In this document: positions 53,001 through 62,541 of the stretch, piece after piece
Position numbering within the stretch: the first letter of the stretch is position 1
How the letters are laid out: every line of letters begins with the position of its first letter
NCBI GenBank assembly: GCA_965198115.1
Contig: OZ240241.1
Location: 1,056,001 to 1,120,000 of the forward strand
Direction: 5' to 3'
DNA length: 64,000 bases
From: Candidatus Latescibacterota bacterium
GTDB taxonomy: Bacteria > Latescibacterota > UBA2968
Made by a program: the position numbers and the translations under genes
Notes under the pieces: generated by a model
Told to the model about the DNA's origin: nothing
Database searches by the model: none
Seen by the model: the letters and a program-made list of their open reading frames with translations, nothing else

Positions 53001-53874
53001 CGCTTCGTTCCGAAAGCACACATTTGGGCGTGAGCGTCGCAGCCGTCACGCTCCCGATTCCCAACAACGCTCCCCTTTCGCTTCTTACCCTGATCGGGCC
53101 GTCCACATCCTCCAACTCAGCACCCGTCGAAACCGCCGTGCCTTTCGTGAACCGATCGGCGAGGCGGTCGGGCAAAGCGACTTCCGGCAAGTCGGCCAAC
53201 GCCTCGTTCGGGTCCATCAGTGTTCGCTCGATGTCGTCGAGTTCATCGATCGACCGACACTGGGCGATCGTAATCGGCCCGCTCGCCGTCCTTCGCAACG
53301 AAGCGATGTGGGCGCCGCACCCGAGCGTCTGCCCGATATCGTCGGCGAGTACACGAACGTAGGTACCCTTCGAACACGCCACGTGAAGGTCGAGATACGG
53401 CGGCTCATAGCCCTCTGCACGGAGGATCTCTACGTGGACGTCGATCGGTGCCCGTTCCACGACCTTGCCGGCGCGAGCCAGACGATGCAGCCGCTTGCCA
53501 CCGATTTTTTTTGCCGAAAACATCGGCGGAGTCTGCTGAATCGCACCACGAAACGATTCGAGTGTCGGCGTGATCTCGTCGATCGCGAGGGGAATGTCAT
53601 CGATCCGGGAAAGGACCTCACCCTCGGCATCCATCGTGTTCGTTCTCACACCCAAACACACACGGGCCCGGTAGTACTTGGCGTGTGCCGTCAGGTAGGG
53701 GCTCAGACGCGTGGCCTGGCCCACACACAGCACCAGAACGCCTGTGGCCAAAGGGTCGAGTGTGCCTGCGTGACCCACTTTCCGGGTGCCCAGGTTCTTC
53801 CGAACACGATCGACGGCATCGTGCGACGTCCACCCCTCGGGTTTGTCGAGCGGAAGAATCCCCCACGTGTTCAC
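52981..53874 (-). CDS. truB: tRNA pseudouridine(55) synthase
   Basis: DKPEGWTSHD, GHAGTLDP, SKGTYVR. Confidence 0.95.
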   Translation of the reverse strand: MNTWGILPLDKPEGWTSHDAVDRVRKNLGTRKVGHAGTLDPLATGVLVLCVGQATRLSPYLTAHAKYYRARVCLGVRTNTMDAEGEVLSRIDDIPLAIDEITPTLESFRGAIQQTPPMFSAKKIGGKRLHRLARAGKVVERAPIDVHVEILRAEGYEPPYLDLHVACSKGTYVRVLADDIGQTLGCGAHIASLRRTASGPITIAQCRSIDELDDIERTLMDPNEALADLPEVALPDRLADRFTKGTAVSTGAELEDVDGPIRVRSERGALLGIGSVTAATLTPKCVLSERSDAPRHA

Positions 53875-54224
53875 GCGTTTTCCGATGACCTCAGGTCTTC
53901 GAGGATTCGATCGATTCTGGCGCCACGTTCCATTGTGTCGTCGTAGGAAAAGATCAGTTCGGGTGTGTGTCGCAGGCGAACGCGCGCGGAAAGTTCTCGC
54001 CTCAGGAAGGAGGTGGCTCGCCTCAGCGCATCGAGCGTTTCCTGTTGTTCGGACGAGGCTCCCATCACACTCACGAAGACGGTCGCGACCTTCAGGTCCT
54101 TGGAGACCCGGACACCCGTCACCGTCACGAATCCCAGGTGGGGATCACGGATCCTCAGCCTGATGATCTCGCTCAAGGTTTCCTGAATCGACTTGCCGAC
54201 GCTTTCGGGTCGCCACTGTGCCAC
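53871..54224 (-). CDS. rbfA: Ribosome-binding factor A
   Basis: VTVTGV.VSKDL..A, RHTPEL.F..D. Confidence 0.93.
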   Translation of the reverse strand: MAQWRPESVGKSIQETLSEIIRLRIRDPHLGFVTVTGVRVSKDLKVATVFVSVMGASSEQQETLDALRRATSFLRRELSARVRLRHTPELIFSYDDTMERGARIDRILEDLRSSENA

Positions 54225-54506
54225 TTAGATCATCTCGAACGAAAAATCGATGAGCTGAGCCCGGTGTTCCATCTCGACGAGCTCGACGACCTTGTTGAGC
54301 ACCTGATTGGCAAAGACAGAATCGGCTGACACGATCGCCACGCCGACGATGGCCTTCTGCCAGAGGTCGTGGGCATCCAACTCGGACACCGAGACATTGA
54401 ATTTTTGACGGATGCGTACGGTCAGGCTCTTCAGGACGCTACGCTTTTGCTTGAGTGACCCGGCTTCGGGCAGATGAAGAACCAGTCGACAAAACCCGAT
54501 CGTCAC
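54225..54506 (-). CDS. DUF503 (YlxP) protein
   Basis: SLKQKRSVLKSL...FNVSVSE...DLWQ; typical position between infB and rbfA. Confidence 0.9.
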   Translation of the reverse strand: MTIGFCRLVLHLPEAGSLKQKRSVLKSLTVRIRQKFNVSVSELDAHDLWQKAIVGVAIVSADSVFANQVLNKVVELVEMEHRAQLIDFSFEMI

Positions 54507-56863
54507 GACTCCAGTGTCCGACTGATTTCAACGACTTCGTAGGCTTCGATCACGTCCCCGACCTTGATGTCGTTGAAGTTCTCGATCCCCACCCCGCATT
54601 CGAACCCTGCCTGGACCTCGCGAACATCGTCTTTGAATCGACGCAGGGAGCCGACGCGTCCATCGTAGATCACAACACCGTCGCGCAGGAGCCTGACCTG
54701 GCTGCTGCGCTCGATCTGGCCTTCGGACACGAACGAGCCCGCGATCGTGCCGGCACGGGGGACGCTGAAGATCTCGCGCACCTCGACCGTAGCGACCACC
54801 TTCTCATCCAGCGTCGGCCGCAAGAGACCAGAGAGAGCGGCTTTGACATCCTCGACGGCCTCGTAAATCACGCGATAGGGTCGAATGTCCACCTGCTCTC
54901 GCTCTGCCACGGCTCGAGATCTCGCATCGGGGCGCACGTTGAAACCGATGATGATCGCATCGGAGGCCGTCGCAAGCAGAACATCCGATTCGGTAATGGC
55001 TCCCACCGCCCGATGGATGACGTTGATCTGCACCTCTTCGTGTGATATCTGGAGCAACGCATCTTGGAGCGCTTCGACCGAACCGTCCACGTCCCCCTTG
55101 AGGACCAGGCGCAGTTCCTGCATCTCGCCCGCCTGAATCTGGTCGTGAATGTCCGTCAGACTGACGCGACGAACATTTCGGAAATCCTGTTCTCGCCGAA
55201 GCTGTTGGCGCTTCTGGCTGATTTCGCGGGCCTCGCGTTCGTTTTCAAGAACGTTGAACTGATCGCCTGCCTGCGGAAGACCGTCAAGACCCAAGACCTG
55301 GATGGGCACGGATGGGCCGGCTTCTTCCACGTTGTTGCCGCGTTCGTCGAGCATGGCCCGAACACGACCGTTGTAAAGACCACTGACGAAGGGGTCGCCC
55401 ACCTTCAGTGTACCCTGTTGCACGAGGACGGTGGCGACGTTCCCACGACCCCGGTCCAGCCGGGCCTCGACGATTGTGCCTTTTGCACGACGGTCGGGAT
55501 TGGCCTTCAGTTCGAGGATTTCTGTTTCCAAAGCCAGCCGATCGAGAAGCCCGTCAACGTTCTGTCCCGTGACGGCCGAGATCTCGACCGACTGAACTTG
55601 GCCGCCGAAATCTTCGACCAGGACACCGTTTTCGGACAGCTCTCTTTTGATCTTGTCGGGAATCGCCGTCGGGAGATCAACTTTGTTGATGGCGACGAGC
55701 ATCGGTACTTCCGCCGCCTTCGCGTGATCGATCGCCTCGATCGTCTGCGGCATGACGCTGTCGTCGGCGGCCACGATGAGCACGACGACATCGGTCACTT
55801 GAGCCCCACGGGCGCGCATGGCGGTGAAGGCCTCGTGACCCGGTGTGTCGAGGAACGTGACCATCCGTCCGTCGGGCAACTCGACGTGGTAGGCCCCGAT
55901 GTGCTGCGTGATTCCGCCGGCCTCGCCGGCGACCACGTTAGTGCTTCGGACGTAGTCCAGAAGGGACGTCTTGCCGTGGTCCACGTGACCCATGATGGTC
56001 ACGACGGGTGGACGCGGTTTCAGATCCTCTTCGGCCTCTTCTTCGACCTCTTCGACGATGTCTTCGGCAAACTCCTCGAGTTTTTCGACTTCGAATCCGA
56101 ACTCGTCGGCCACGAGCTCGATCGTATCCATGTCGAGCCGTTGATTGATCGTGACCATCACACCCATCTGCAGACACTTCGTGATTACTTCGGTCGGGCG
56201 CACATCCATCAGTTCGGACAGTTCGCCGACCGTCGTGAATTCGTTGACCTTCAACAGCCCGGCATCGAGTTCCTCGTCACCGCCCTCTTCGTCATCGCGA
56301 CGTCGTCGTCTGCGACGGGGGGTCGTGGTCGTCATTTGCGCCATCGTTCGACGCACACTCTCGGCGACTTCGCGTTGATCGACAGCCGGACGCCCGCGAC
56401 GTCGCCGCCTGCGCTTGCCCTCCTTGTCGAGGTCGGGCGGTGGCTGATTGGCGCCGGGTTCGGTTTTGGGTGGATGAGCCGATCGTGAGCCGCCCTTCCG
56501 GCCCCTTGGTTTGTCCTTCGGAATCTCGACGACCTCGATGTCCGGAGGCTCGGCCACCGCCTTCGCTTTGGCCTTTTTGGACTTTTTGGCAGGAGCTTCT
56601 GCCTCGGCACGCTGGCGGGCCTGGTCGGACTTCCGCTGCATTTCCTCCCGGGCGGCGCTGCGTTCTTCCTCGAATTTCGTCTGGACCTTCGCGACCATCT
56701 CGTCGGTACAGACAGCCATGTGATTCTTGACGTCGAACCCCAGGCCCTTGATGACGTCGACCATCGCCACGCTGGAGAGGTTGAACTCTCGTGCCACTTC
56801 GTAGATGCGCTTCTTCTTGGGCTTGGCTGCGGCCTTCTTTGCCTTCTTGGTCTGGTTTGCCAA
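54503..56863 (-). CDS. infB: Translation initiation factor IF-2
   Basis: [17 protein letters not shown]; TTG start after GGAGGTG. Confidence 0.97.
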   Translation of the reverse strand: MANQTKKAKKAAAKPKKKRIYEVAREFNLSSVAMVDVIKGLGFDVKNHMAVCTDEMVAKVQTKFEEERSAAREEMQRKSDQARQRAEAEAPAKKSKKAKAKAVAEPPDIEVVEIPKDKPRGRKGGSRSAHPPKTEPGANQPPPDLDKEGKRRRRRRGRPAVDQREVAESVRRTMAQMTTTTPRRRRRRRDDEEGGDEELDAGLLKVNEFTTVGELSELMDVRPTEVITKCLQMGVMVTINQRLDMDTIELVADEFGFEVEKLEEFAEDIVEEVEEEAEEDLKPRPPVVTIMGHVDHGKTSLLDYVRSTNVVAGEAGGITQHIGAYHVELPDGRMVTFLDTPGHEAFTAMRARGAQVTDVVVLIVAADDSVMPQTIEAIDHAKAAEVPMLVAINKVDLPTAIPDKIKRELSENGVLVEDFGGQVQSVEISAVTGQNVDGLLDRLALETEILELKANPDRRAKGTIVEARLDRGRGNVATVLVQQGTLKVGDPFVSGLYNGRVRAMLDERGNNVEEAGPSVPIQVLGLDGLPQAGDQFNVLENEREAREISQKRQQLRREQDFRNVRRVSLTDIHDQIQAGEMQELRLVLKGDVDGSVEALQDALLQISHEEVQINVIHRAVGAITESDVLLATASDAIIIGFNVRPDARSRAVAEREQVDIRPYRVIYEAVEDVKAALSGLLRPTLDEKVVATVEVREIFSVPRAGTIAGSFVSEGQIERSSQVRLLRDGVVIYDGRVGSLRRFKDDVREVQAGFECGVGIENFNDIKVGDVIEAYEVVEISRTLES

Positions 56864-56912
56864 GGTCCGGATCACCTCCTCGTCATTTCGCCGGCACGCT
56901 CACCGGCTACAG

Positions 56913-58637
56913 TCATTCGTCGTCGACCTGTTGAACGGGTTCGGAAGCATCCTGCCCATCCTCGACGGAACTCGTCGACGGTTCTGCCGCTGTATCCTCG
57001 AGTTCGCTCTGGGTCGGTTCGTCCTGGGGACCATCCGACTCCTCCATAACGGGTGCTTCCGCTTCGACTGGTATTGCCGCCGGCTCCGGCTGTTCGGAGT
57101 CGGCAGAATCGGGAGCATCTTCATCCGACGCCGCAATCTCCGATGCGGCCACTTCCTCCTGGGTCTCTTCCCCATCTGCCACCACAGCGTCGGCCTGCGC
57201 TCCCTCTTCGGTTTCTACCGCTTCTTCGGGAGCCTCGGCAGCCTCTGCTTCGGCGGCCGCAGCTGCAGCGGCTGCCTCTTCTTCCGCACGCTTGGCTGCT
57301 TCGGCCGCTTCTTTGGCTTCCGCTTCGGCCCTTGCGACCTCTTCGGCCTCTTGTTTGATGCGCATCTCTTCCCGATAGGCCCCTACTTTGGCATCGACAA
57401 GGACGTGAGAGGCTTCCTGAATCTTGCTTGCGGTCGCCTCTCCCAGACCGGGAACGGTCGTCAGACGATCGAGCGGCACTTCGATCAGGTCGTTGGCCGT
57501 CTGCACCCCGTATTCCTGAAGTCTGTCGCGCATGACCTTGCCGATACCGTCGACGTCGGCAAGATGCACGACGGTCGCTTCCTTCTCGGCCTGGATTTCG
57601 GCGTGTCGCGTTTCCGTCAGGATGTCGACCTTCCAGCCCGTCAGTTGCGAAGCAAGCCGCGCGTTCTGTCCCGACTTTCCGATGGCCAACGACAGTTGGT
57701 CATCGTCGACGATGGCCGCCATCTGCTTGTTGCGACGGTCGACGACGACCCGCTTGATCTGTGCAGGGCTAAGGGCCCGAGACAAGAAAATGGCCTCGTC
57801 GTCGGTCCAGGGGACGATGTCGATACGTTCGTTGCTCAGCTCACGCACAACGGCCTGAACGCGAGACCCCTTCATTCCCACGCAGGCCCCGACCGGGTCG
57901 ATGCGTGGATCGTTCGAGTGAACGGCGATCTTCGCGCGTTCGCCCGGTTCGCGCGCGACGGCCTTGATCTCGATTACGCCTTCGTAGATTTCGGGCACCT
58001 CGACCTGGAACAGCTTGACCAGCAGGTTGGGATGGGTGCGCGAGAGCACGACTTGAGGTCCTTTGGAAGTGCGGAGCACGTTCACGAGAATCGCACGAAT
58101 CGGGTCCCCCTGGCGGTATCGCTCCTTCCGAATCTGCTCCTTGAGAGGAACGATGGCCTCCGTTCGCCCCATGTTCACGAGGACATCGCCCCGACTGATC
58201 TGCTGAACGGTTCCAGAGATGATTTCGCCGACACGACCCTGGTAGTCTTCGAAGATACGTTCGCGTTCGGCCTCTCTCACACGCTGTACCAGGATTTGCT
58301 TGGCGGTCTGAATGGCGTTCCTGCCAAAGTCCGCGAACGGCAGCTCTTCCTTGACTTTACCTCCGGATTGGGCATCCGGGTCGATCTCCTGAGCGTAGCT
58401 CAGCTCGATCTCCAGGCCGGAATCCTCCAGTTTGCCGTCGGCGACAACATCCTTTTCTGCCAGCACTCGGATGGTTCCGGAGGCCTGGTCGATCACGACC
58501 TCGACGTTGTCACCCGTGTTGAAGCGCTTCTTCGCCGCCGAGATGAGCCCGATTTCGAGCGTTTCGATGACAAGGTCACGACTGACGTTCTTTTCTTGAG
58601 CAATCTGGCGGAGCGCTTCGATGATTTCGTAGTTCAC
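56913..58637 (-). CDS. nusA: Transcription factor NusA with long acidic C-terminal tail
   Basis: FGRNAIQTAKQ, AREPGERAK, GACVG, LAIGKSGQNARLA, HhH repeats. Confidence 0.95.
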   Translation of the reverse strand: MNYEIIEALRQIAQEKNVSRDLVIETLEIGLISAAKKRFNTGDNVEVVIDQASGTIRVLAEKDVVADGKLEDSGLEIELSYAQEIDPDAQSGGKVKEELPFADFGRNAIQTAKQILVQRVREAERERIFEDYQGRVGEIISGTVQQISRGDVLVNMGRTEAIVPLKEQIRKERYRQGDPIRAILVNVLRTSKGPQVVLSRTHPNLLVKLFQVEVPEIYEGVIEIKAVAREPGERAKIAVHSNDPRIDPVGACVGMKGSRVQAVVRELSNERIDIVPWTDDEAIFLSRALSPAQIKRVVVDRRNKQMAAIVDDDQLSLAIGKSGQNARLASQLTGWKVDILTETRHAEIQAEKEATVVHLADVDGIGKVMRDRLQEYGVQTANDLIEVPLDRLTTVPGLGEATASKIQEASHVLVDAKVGAYREEMRIKQEAEEVARAEAEAKEAAEAAKRAEEEAAAAAAAAEAEAAEAPEEAVETEEGAQADAVVADGEETQEEVAASEIAASDEDAPDSADSEQPEPAAIPVEAEAPVMEESDGPQDEPTQSELEDTAAEPSTSSVEDGQDASEPVQQVDDE

Positions 58638-58654
58638 TTCGCCTCCCTTGAGTC

Positions 58655-59140
58655 TCAGAACTCGAAGTGTAGATTGGCCTTGGCCACGTCATCCAGCGAA
58701 AGCGCGACGGCTTCGCCTTCGACATCTACGATCAGTCCCGACCCGACAGCCTCTCCAAGCGCGCCGACGAGAACAGAACCATTTTTGCAGACGATCTTTA
58801 TGTGCTTTCCCGCCGCCCGTTGAAAGTCGCGGGGAGTTCTGAGCGGCCGCGTCAAGCCTGGGGAGGAGACTTCGAGTGTGTAGGACCCCCGGATCGGATC
58901 GTGGGTGTCCAATACGTCGGCCAACGACCGGCTAAGACCCGCGCATTCACCGATTGAAATGCCTTCGGGTCGATCGACGAACACCCTGAGCATGCGGCGT
59001 CGATCATTCCCCGTCAGGGCCATCTCAACCAACTCGATGCCCTGCGCGTCGAGGATTGGCTCGATTAGATGTTCGACCTTTTGGGCCAGATCAAAGGAGC
59101 CCGTTTCTTCCAAAGCACGCCAGTCTTTTTCCCAGCCCAT
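58655..59140 (-). CDS. rimP: Ribosome maturation factor RimP
   Basis: LRVFVD, YTLEVSSPG..RPL. Confidence 0.93.
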   Translation of the reverse strand: MGWEKDWRALEETGSFDLAQKVEHLIEPILDAQGIELVEMALTGNDRRRMLRVFVDRPEGISIGECAGLSRSLADVLDTHDPIRGSYTLEVSSPGLTRPLRTPRDFQRAAGKHIKIVCKNGSVLVGALGEAVGSGLIVDVEGEAVALSLDDVAKANLHFEF

Positions 59141-59144
59141 ATTC

Positions 59145-59170
59145 AAAAGAGTGGGCGGTTGCCCACTCTC
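59145..59170 (-). promoter_or_regulatory. rimP leader hairpin (attenuator-like)
   Basis: GAGAGTGGGC-AACC-GCCCACTCTTTT just before rimP; AGTGGG/CCCACT stems are commonly seen upstream of rimP. Confidence 0.65.
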
Positions 59171-59215
59171 GTTTCAGACGGGTAAATATAAGAGAATGCT
59201 GAGTATTACGCAACT

Positions 59216-59608
59216 TCATTCCGGTTCGCGAACGTCCTCTCCGCTAACGAGTGCCTTAAGCTCGACCAGTGATTCGCGCAGTTCTGCTAATACTTTTACG
59301 TCGGGTGGAGCGAACGGGATTTCACCCTGCGGACCCTCGGCCCCGGAACTGGCCTCCCTCGGTAGTTTGAGCCGTTCACTCGCCCCCTGGATCGTGTACT
59401 TCTGGTCCCAGAGCAGTTGACGGATCTCTTTGACAATCTCGATGTCCCGGTCCTTGTAGGTGCGGTTTCCAGACCGGCCTCGCCGAGGTCTGAGCACGGT
59501 AAACTCCTTCTCCCAAAACCTGAGCACGTGGGGCTCCACCCCGGTCAATTCCGTCACTTCGCTGATCGAATAGTAGAGCTTCTTGAGGGGTTGGCGATTC
59601 ACAGACAC
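59216..59608 (-). CDS. MerR-family transcriptional regulator
   Basis: KLYYSISEV...HVLRFWEKEF..L.P...GNRTY. Confidence 0.9.
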   Translation of the reverse strand: MSVNRQPLKKLYYSISEVTELTGVEPHVLRFWEKEFTVLRPRRGRSGNRTYKDRDIEIVKEIRQLLWDQKYTIQGASERLKLPREASSGAEGPQGEIPFAPPDVKVLAELRESLVELKALVSGEDVREPE

Positions 59609-59609
59609 C

Positions 59610-60929
59610 TCATTTCTTCTTGAAGATCAGTCTCACCGGTGTGCCTGTCAGGTCAAAGTTCTCTCGAAGCCGGTTGACGAGGAACCGACGATAGTGCTCG
59701 GGGATGTCCTGGGGACGTGCTGTAAAGAAAAGCAGGGTCGGGGGTTCTGACCGGGCTTGCACACCGTAAGTCACCCGAAACGGCCTCCCCTTCTTCGTCG
59801 GAGGTGAAGTCGTCTCGTTGAGAAGTTCGATGAACCGGTTGATCCGGGGCGTTGGGATACGCGCGCGGCGTCGATCGTAGACCTCGAGGGCGGTATCGAT
59901 CACCCGCCAGGCTCGCTGCCCTGTCAGGGCTGATGTGAATAGGATAGGATAGGGCTCTATCGACGGGAACCGCGCCACGATGTCACGTCGCGTCTGCTCC
60001 GCGGTCATTGTGTCCTTCTCGATCAGATCCCACTTGTTGTAGCAGAGGACCACGCCCTTCCCGAGTGTCTCCGCGCTCTCGGCAATCTTGATGTCCTGGA
60101 TCGTCACGCCCTCTTCTCCATCCACGAGGAGAATCGCCACATCGCAACGCTCCAGGCTGCGAGTCGTGCGCAAGCCGCTGTAGTACTCGACCTGTTCCTT
60201 CACCCGTGCCCGCCTCCGGAGGCCGGCGGTGTCGATCAGCTTGAAATTCCGGCCCTTGCGGGTCATGGGCAGATCGATCGCATCACGTGTCGTGCCCGGC
60301 ACGTCGCTGACAACGACGCGTTCCAAACCCTCGAGCGTGTTGACGAACGTCGACTTTCCGACGTTGGGTCTCCCGATCACGGCCAGGCGGGGAAGCTCCT
60401 CAGGCTTGGACAGTGGCTCGGTTCCTTCGGGAAACAGGTCAATCACGCGATCCAGTAAGTCCCCCGCATTGCGCCCGTTCAAGGCCGAAACGCGCCACGG
60501 CTCGCCCATGGCAAGGCCGTAGAACTGAGCGGCATCCGCGTCGTCGCGATCCGAATCGACCTTGTTGGCCACGAGGACTGAAGCTTTACCGCTCTTCAGG
60601 ATCAAACGGGCCATTTCCTGGTCGATGTCCGTGGGGCCGGTCTGGATGTCGACCACCAGGAGAATGACGTCGGCATCCGCGATGGCCATGCCGACCTGGT
60701 CGGCGACCGAGCCGGATAGACCGTCGTCTGTGTCGGGCAGGTATCCCCCGGTGTCGATAAGGGTGAAGACCCGCCTGTTCCAGGCCACCTCGGCATAGTT
60801 TCGATCTCTCGTGACACCTGGCAAATCGTGGACCACAGCCCGCCGCTCACCCAAGAAGCGGTTGAAGAGCGTGGATTTCCCGACGTTTGGCCGCCCGACG
60901 ATGGCAACGGTGTGCTGACGATCAGACAA
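59610..60929 (-). CDS. der: Ribosome biogenesis GTPase Der
   Basis: Two GRPNVGKS G-domains, DTGG/DTAG, NKVD/NKWD. Confidence 0.95.
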   Translation of the reverse strand: MSDRQHTVAIVGRPNVGKSTLFNRFLGERRAVVHDLPGVTRDRNYAEVAWNRRVFTLIDTGGYLPDTDDGLSGSVADQVGMAIADADVILLVVDIQTGPTDIDQEMARLILKSGKASVLVANKVDSDRDDADAAQFYGLAMGEPWRVSALNGRNAGDLLDRVIDLFPEGTEPLSKPEELPRLAVIGRPNVGKSTFVNTLEGLERVVVSDVPGTTRDAIDLPMTRKGRNFKLIDTAGLRRRARVKEQVEYYSGLRTTRSLERCDVAILLVDGEEGVTIQDIKIAESAETLGKGVVLCYNKWDLIEKDTMTAEQTRRDIVARFPSIEPYPILFTSALTGQRAWRVIDTALEVYDRRRARIPTPRINRFIELLNETTSPPTKKGRPFRVTYGVQARSEPPTLLFFTARPQDIPEHYRRFLVNRLRENFDLTGTPVRLIFKKK

Positions 60930-62340
60930 GACCGGCTTCCTCGTCGGGAAACTGCCCGGATGCGATGTAAGGATGTCCTCGATCCGGGTCCCGAAAACCC
61001 GCCTCGAAGTGACCCTCAGCGAAATCACTCAGACAGCCTGCAAGGTCGTACGTCCCAACGAGGACTCGTGCGCCAAACCGAGTCTCCAAATCGGACGGTT
61101 GGTGGTCGTCGAGAAACAGACCGTCGTGGTTGATACAGTTGGGAGGCAAGACCACGACCTCACCTGGATTCGGAGGGGTTGCCTTCATCGCTTCCGCGAT
61201 ATCGTCGCCCGCCAAGAGACCCGACACCGTGATCCGTGGTCCCAGAAATCGATTCTCCACGACGATCGCTCGCGCTTCGACCTGCGGCAGATGATTGAGC
61301 CGCTCGACCATGGGGGGAAGAAATCGACCACCCAGAACACCCGTGACGAGGCAGACGCGTAACGGTGGAATCGACCCTAATCGGTCGAATGCCGCGTCGA
61401 ACGCATCTTGAAACCGCCGCACCATCCCTACACCGTTTTCGACCAGCGGGAACCCGTCGTAGGCTGACCGGCCGGGCAGATCTTCGCCCGCCAGGAGGTA
61501 GAACTCATCGGCCGCATACACGAAATTCGTGCCCAGACGAGGCAACAGGGATATCTGATGCTGCTCGACCTCCGAAAGCACGGTCTGCGCGATCTGAGGG
61601 GTCACCGGGGCCAGATCGGGAAGATTCTGTCGGAAACGCGTAAGCCCCAACGGCACGACCCCGACAGAAGCCACGCCCGGATGGCGCTCGGCGAGGTCGA
61701 AAACGCTCCGCTTGAGCTCGATCCCGTCGTTGATGCCCGGGCAGAGAACGATCTGAGTGTGGGTTTCGATGCCGGCTTCGATCAAACGATCGATCGGTCC
61801 CAAAACGTCGACCGGATCCGGACGACCCAGCAATCGGCCCCTCACACCCGCGTCGGTCGCGTGGACGGACACATACACCGGGGTGAGGCGCTGCTCGATG
61901 ATCCGGTCAAACTCGGCGGCGTCGAGGTTGGTGAGCGTGACATACGCGCCGTGCAGAAAAGAAAGTCGAAAGTCGTCGTCCTGATAGTAGAGCGTCTTCC
62001 GGAGGCCCTTCGGCATCTGGTGAAGAAAACAGAACACGCACTTGTTGTCGCACTTGAGGATGCCCATTTCCTCGAAGTCGACCCCCAGATCGTCTTCGGG
62101 GTCTTTTTCGATGTCGAACACGAGCTTTTCGGCCTCGCGGATGACCTCGAGCGATACGTCCTCATCGGCGAAATGGAATCGAAAGTCGATCGGGTCCCGG
62201 ATGGGCGCACCGTTGATGGCCAGGACTTCGTCGCCGGGTCGCAGGTCGATAGATTCGGCCATACCACCCGAGTGCACAGCCCGGATTCCGAGCCCGGCCT
62301 CGACACGATCGAGGAGAGGCACACCTTCTTTTCGGGGCAT
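60922..62340 (-). CDS. PDZ + radical-SAM-like DUF512 protein
   Basis: CDNKCVFCF.HQMPKGLRKTLY..DDDFRLSF, ENGVG, ITVSGLL. Confidence 0.9.
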   Translation of the reverse strand: MPRKEGVPLLDRVEAGLGIRAVHSGGMAESIDLRPGDEVLAINGAPIRDPIDFRFHFADEDVSLEVIREAEKLVFDIEKDPEDDLGVDFEEMGILKCDNKCVFCFLHQMPKGLRKTLYYQDDDFRLSFLHGAYVTLTNLDAAEFDRIIEQRLTPVYVSVHATDAGVRGRLLGRPDPVDVLGPIDRLIEAGIETHTQIVLCPGINDGIELKRSVFDLAERHPGVASVGVVPLGLTRFRQNLPDLAPVTPQIAQTVLSEVEQHQISLLPRLGTNFVYAADEFYLLAGEDLPGRSAYDGFPLVENGVGMVRRFQDAFDAAFDRLGSIPPLRVCLVTGVLGGRFLPPMVERLNHLPQVEARAIVVENRFLGPRITVSGLLAGDDIAEAMKATPPNPGEVVVLPPNCINHDGLFLDDHQPSDLETRFGARVLVGTYDLAGCLSDFAEGHFEAGFRDPDRGHPYIASGQFPDEEAGLV

Positions 62341-62434
62341 CGTGTTGGCTTGCCTATTCAAAACGCCGTATCTCATTGTGGCACAGCATAGTGCCGAAAT
62401 AGATGTATGGATGGCTTCAAAAACTTAGGCCAAT

Positions 62435-62470
62435 AAAAAAACGCGGTCAAGCCCAACAGGGCTTCCGCGT
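62435..62470 (-). terminator. Terminator downstream of the tRNA fragment
   Basis: ACGCGGAAGCCC...GGGCTTGACCGCG-T7 on the minus strand. Confidence 0.65.
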
Positions 62471-62494
62471 CTCTGCTTATGCCGTGTGGTTAAA

Positions 62495-62541
62495 TGGAGC
62501 GGGAATCGGGACTCGAACCCGCGACATCAAGCTTGGGAAGC
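62495..62541 (-). repeat. att site: 3' half of tRNA-Gly(CCC)
   Basis: GCTTCCCAAGCTTGATGTCGCGGGTTCGAGTCCCGATTCCCGCTCCA (anticodon loop, T arm, CCA); no D-arm or 5' acceptor strand upstream. Confidence 0.85.

Noticed and set aside
45772-58823. Long plus-strand ORFs (e.g. 45772-46905, 47060-48271, 49235-50893, 56805-58823)
   Set aside because: Antisense shadows of well-conserved minus-strand genes in GC-rich DNA, with no motifs
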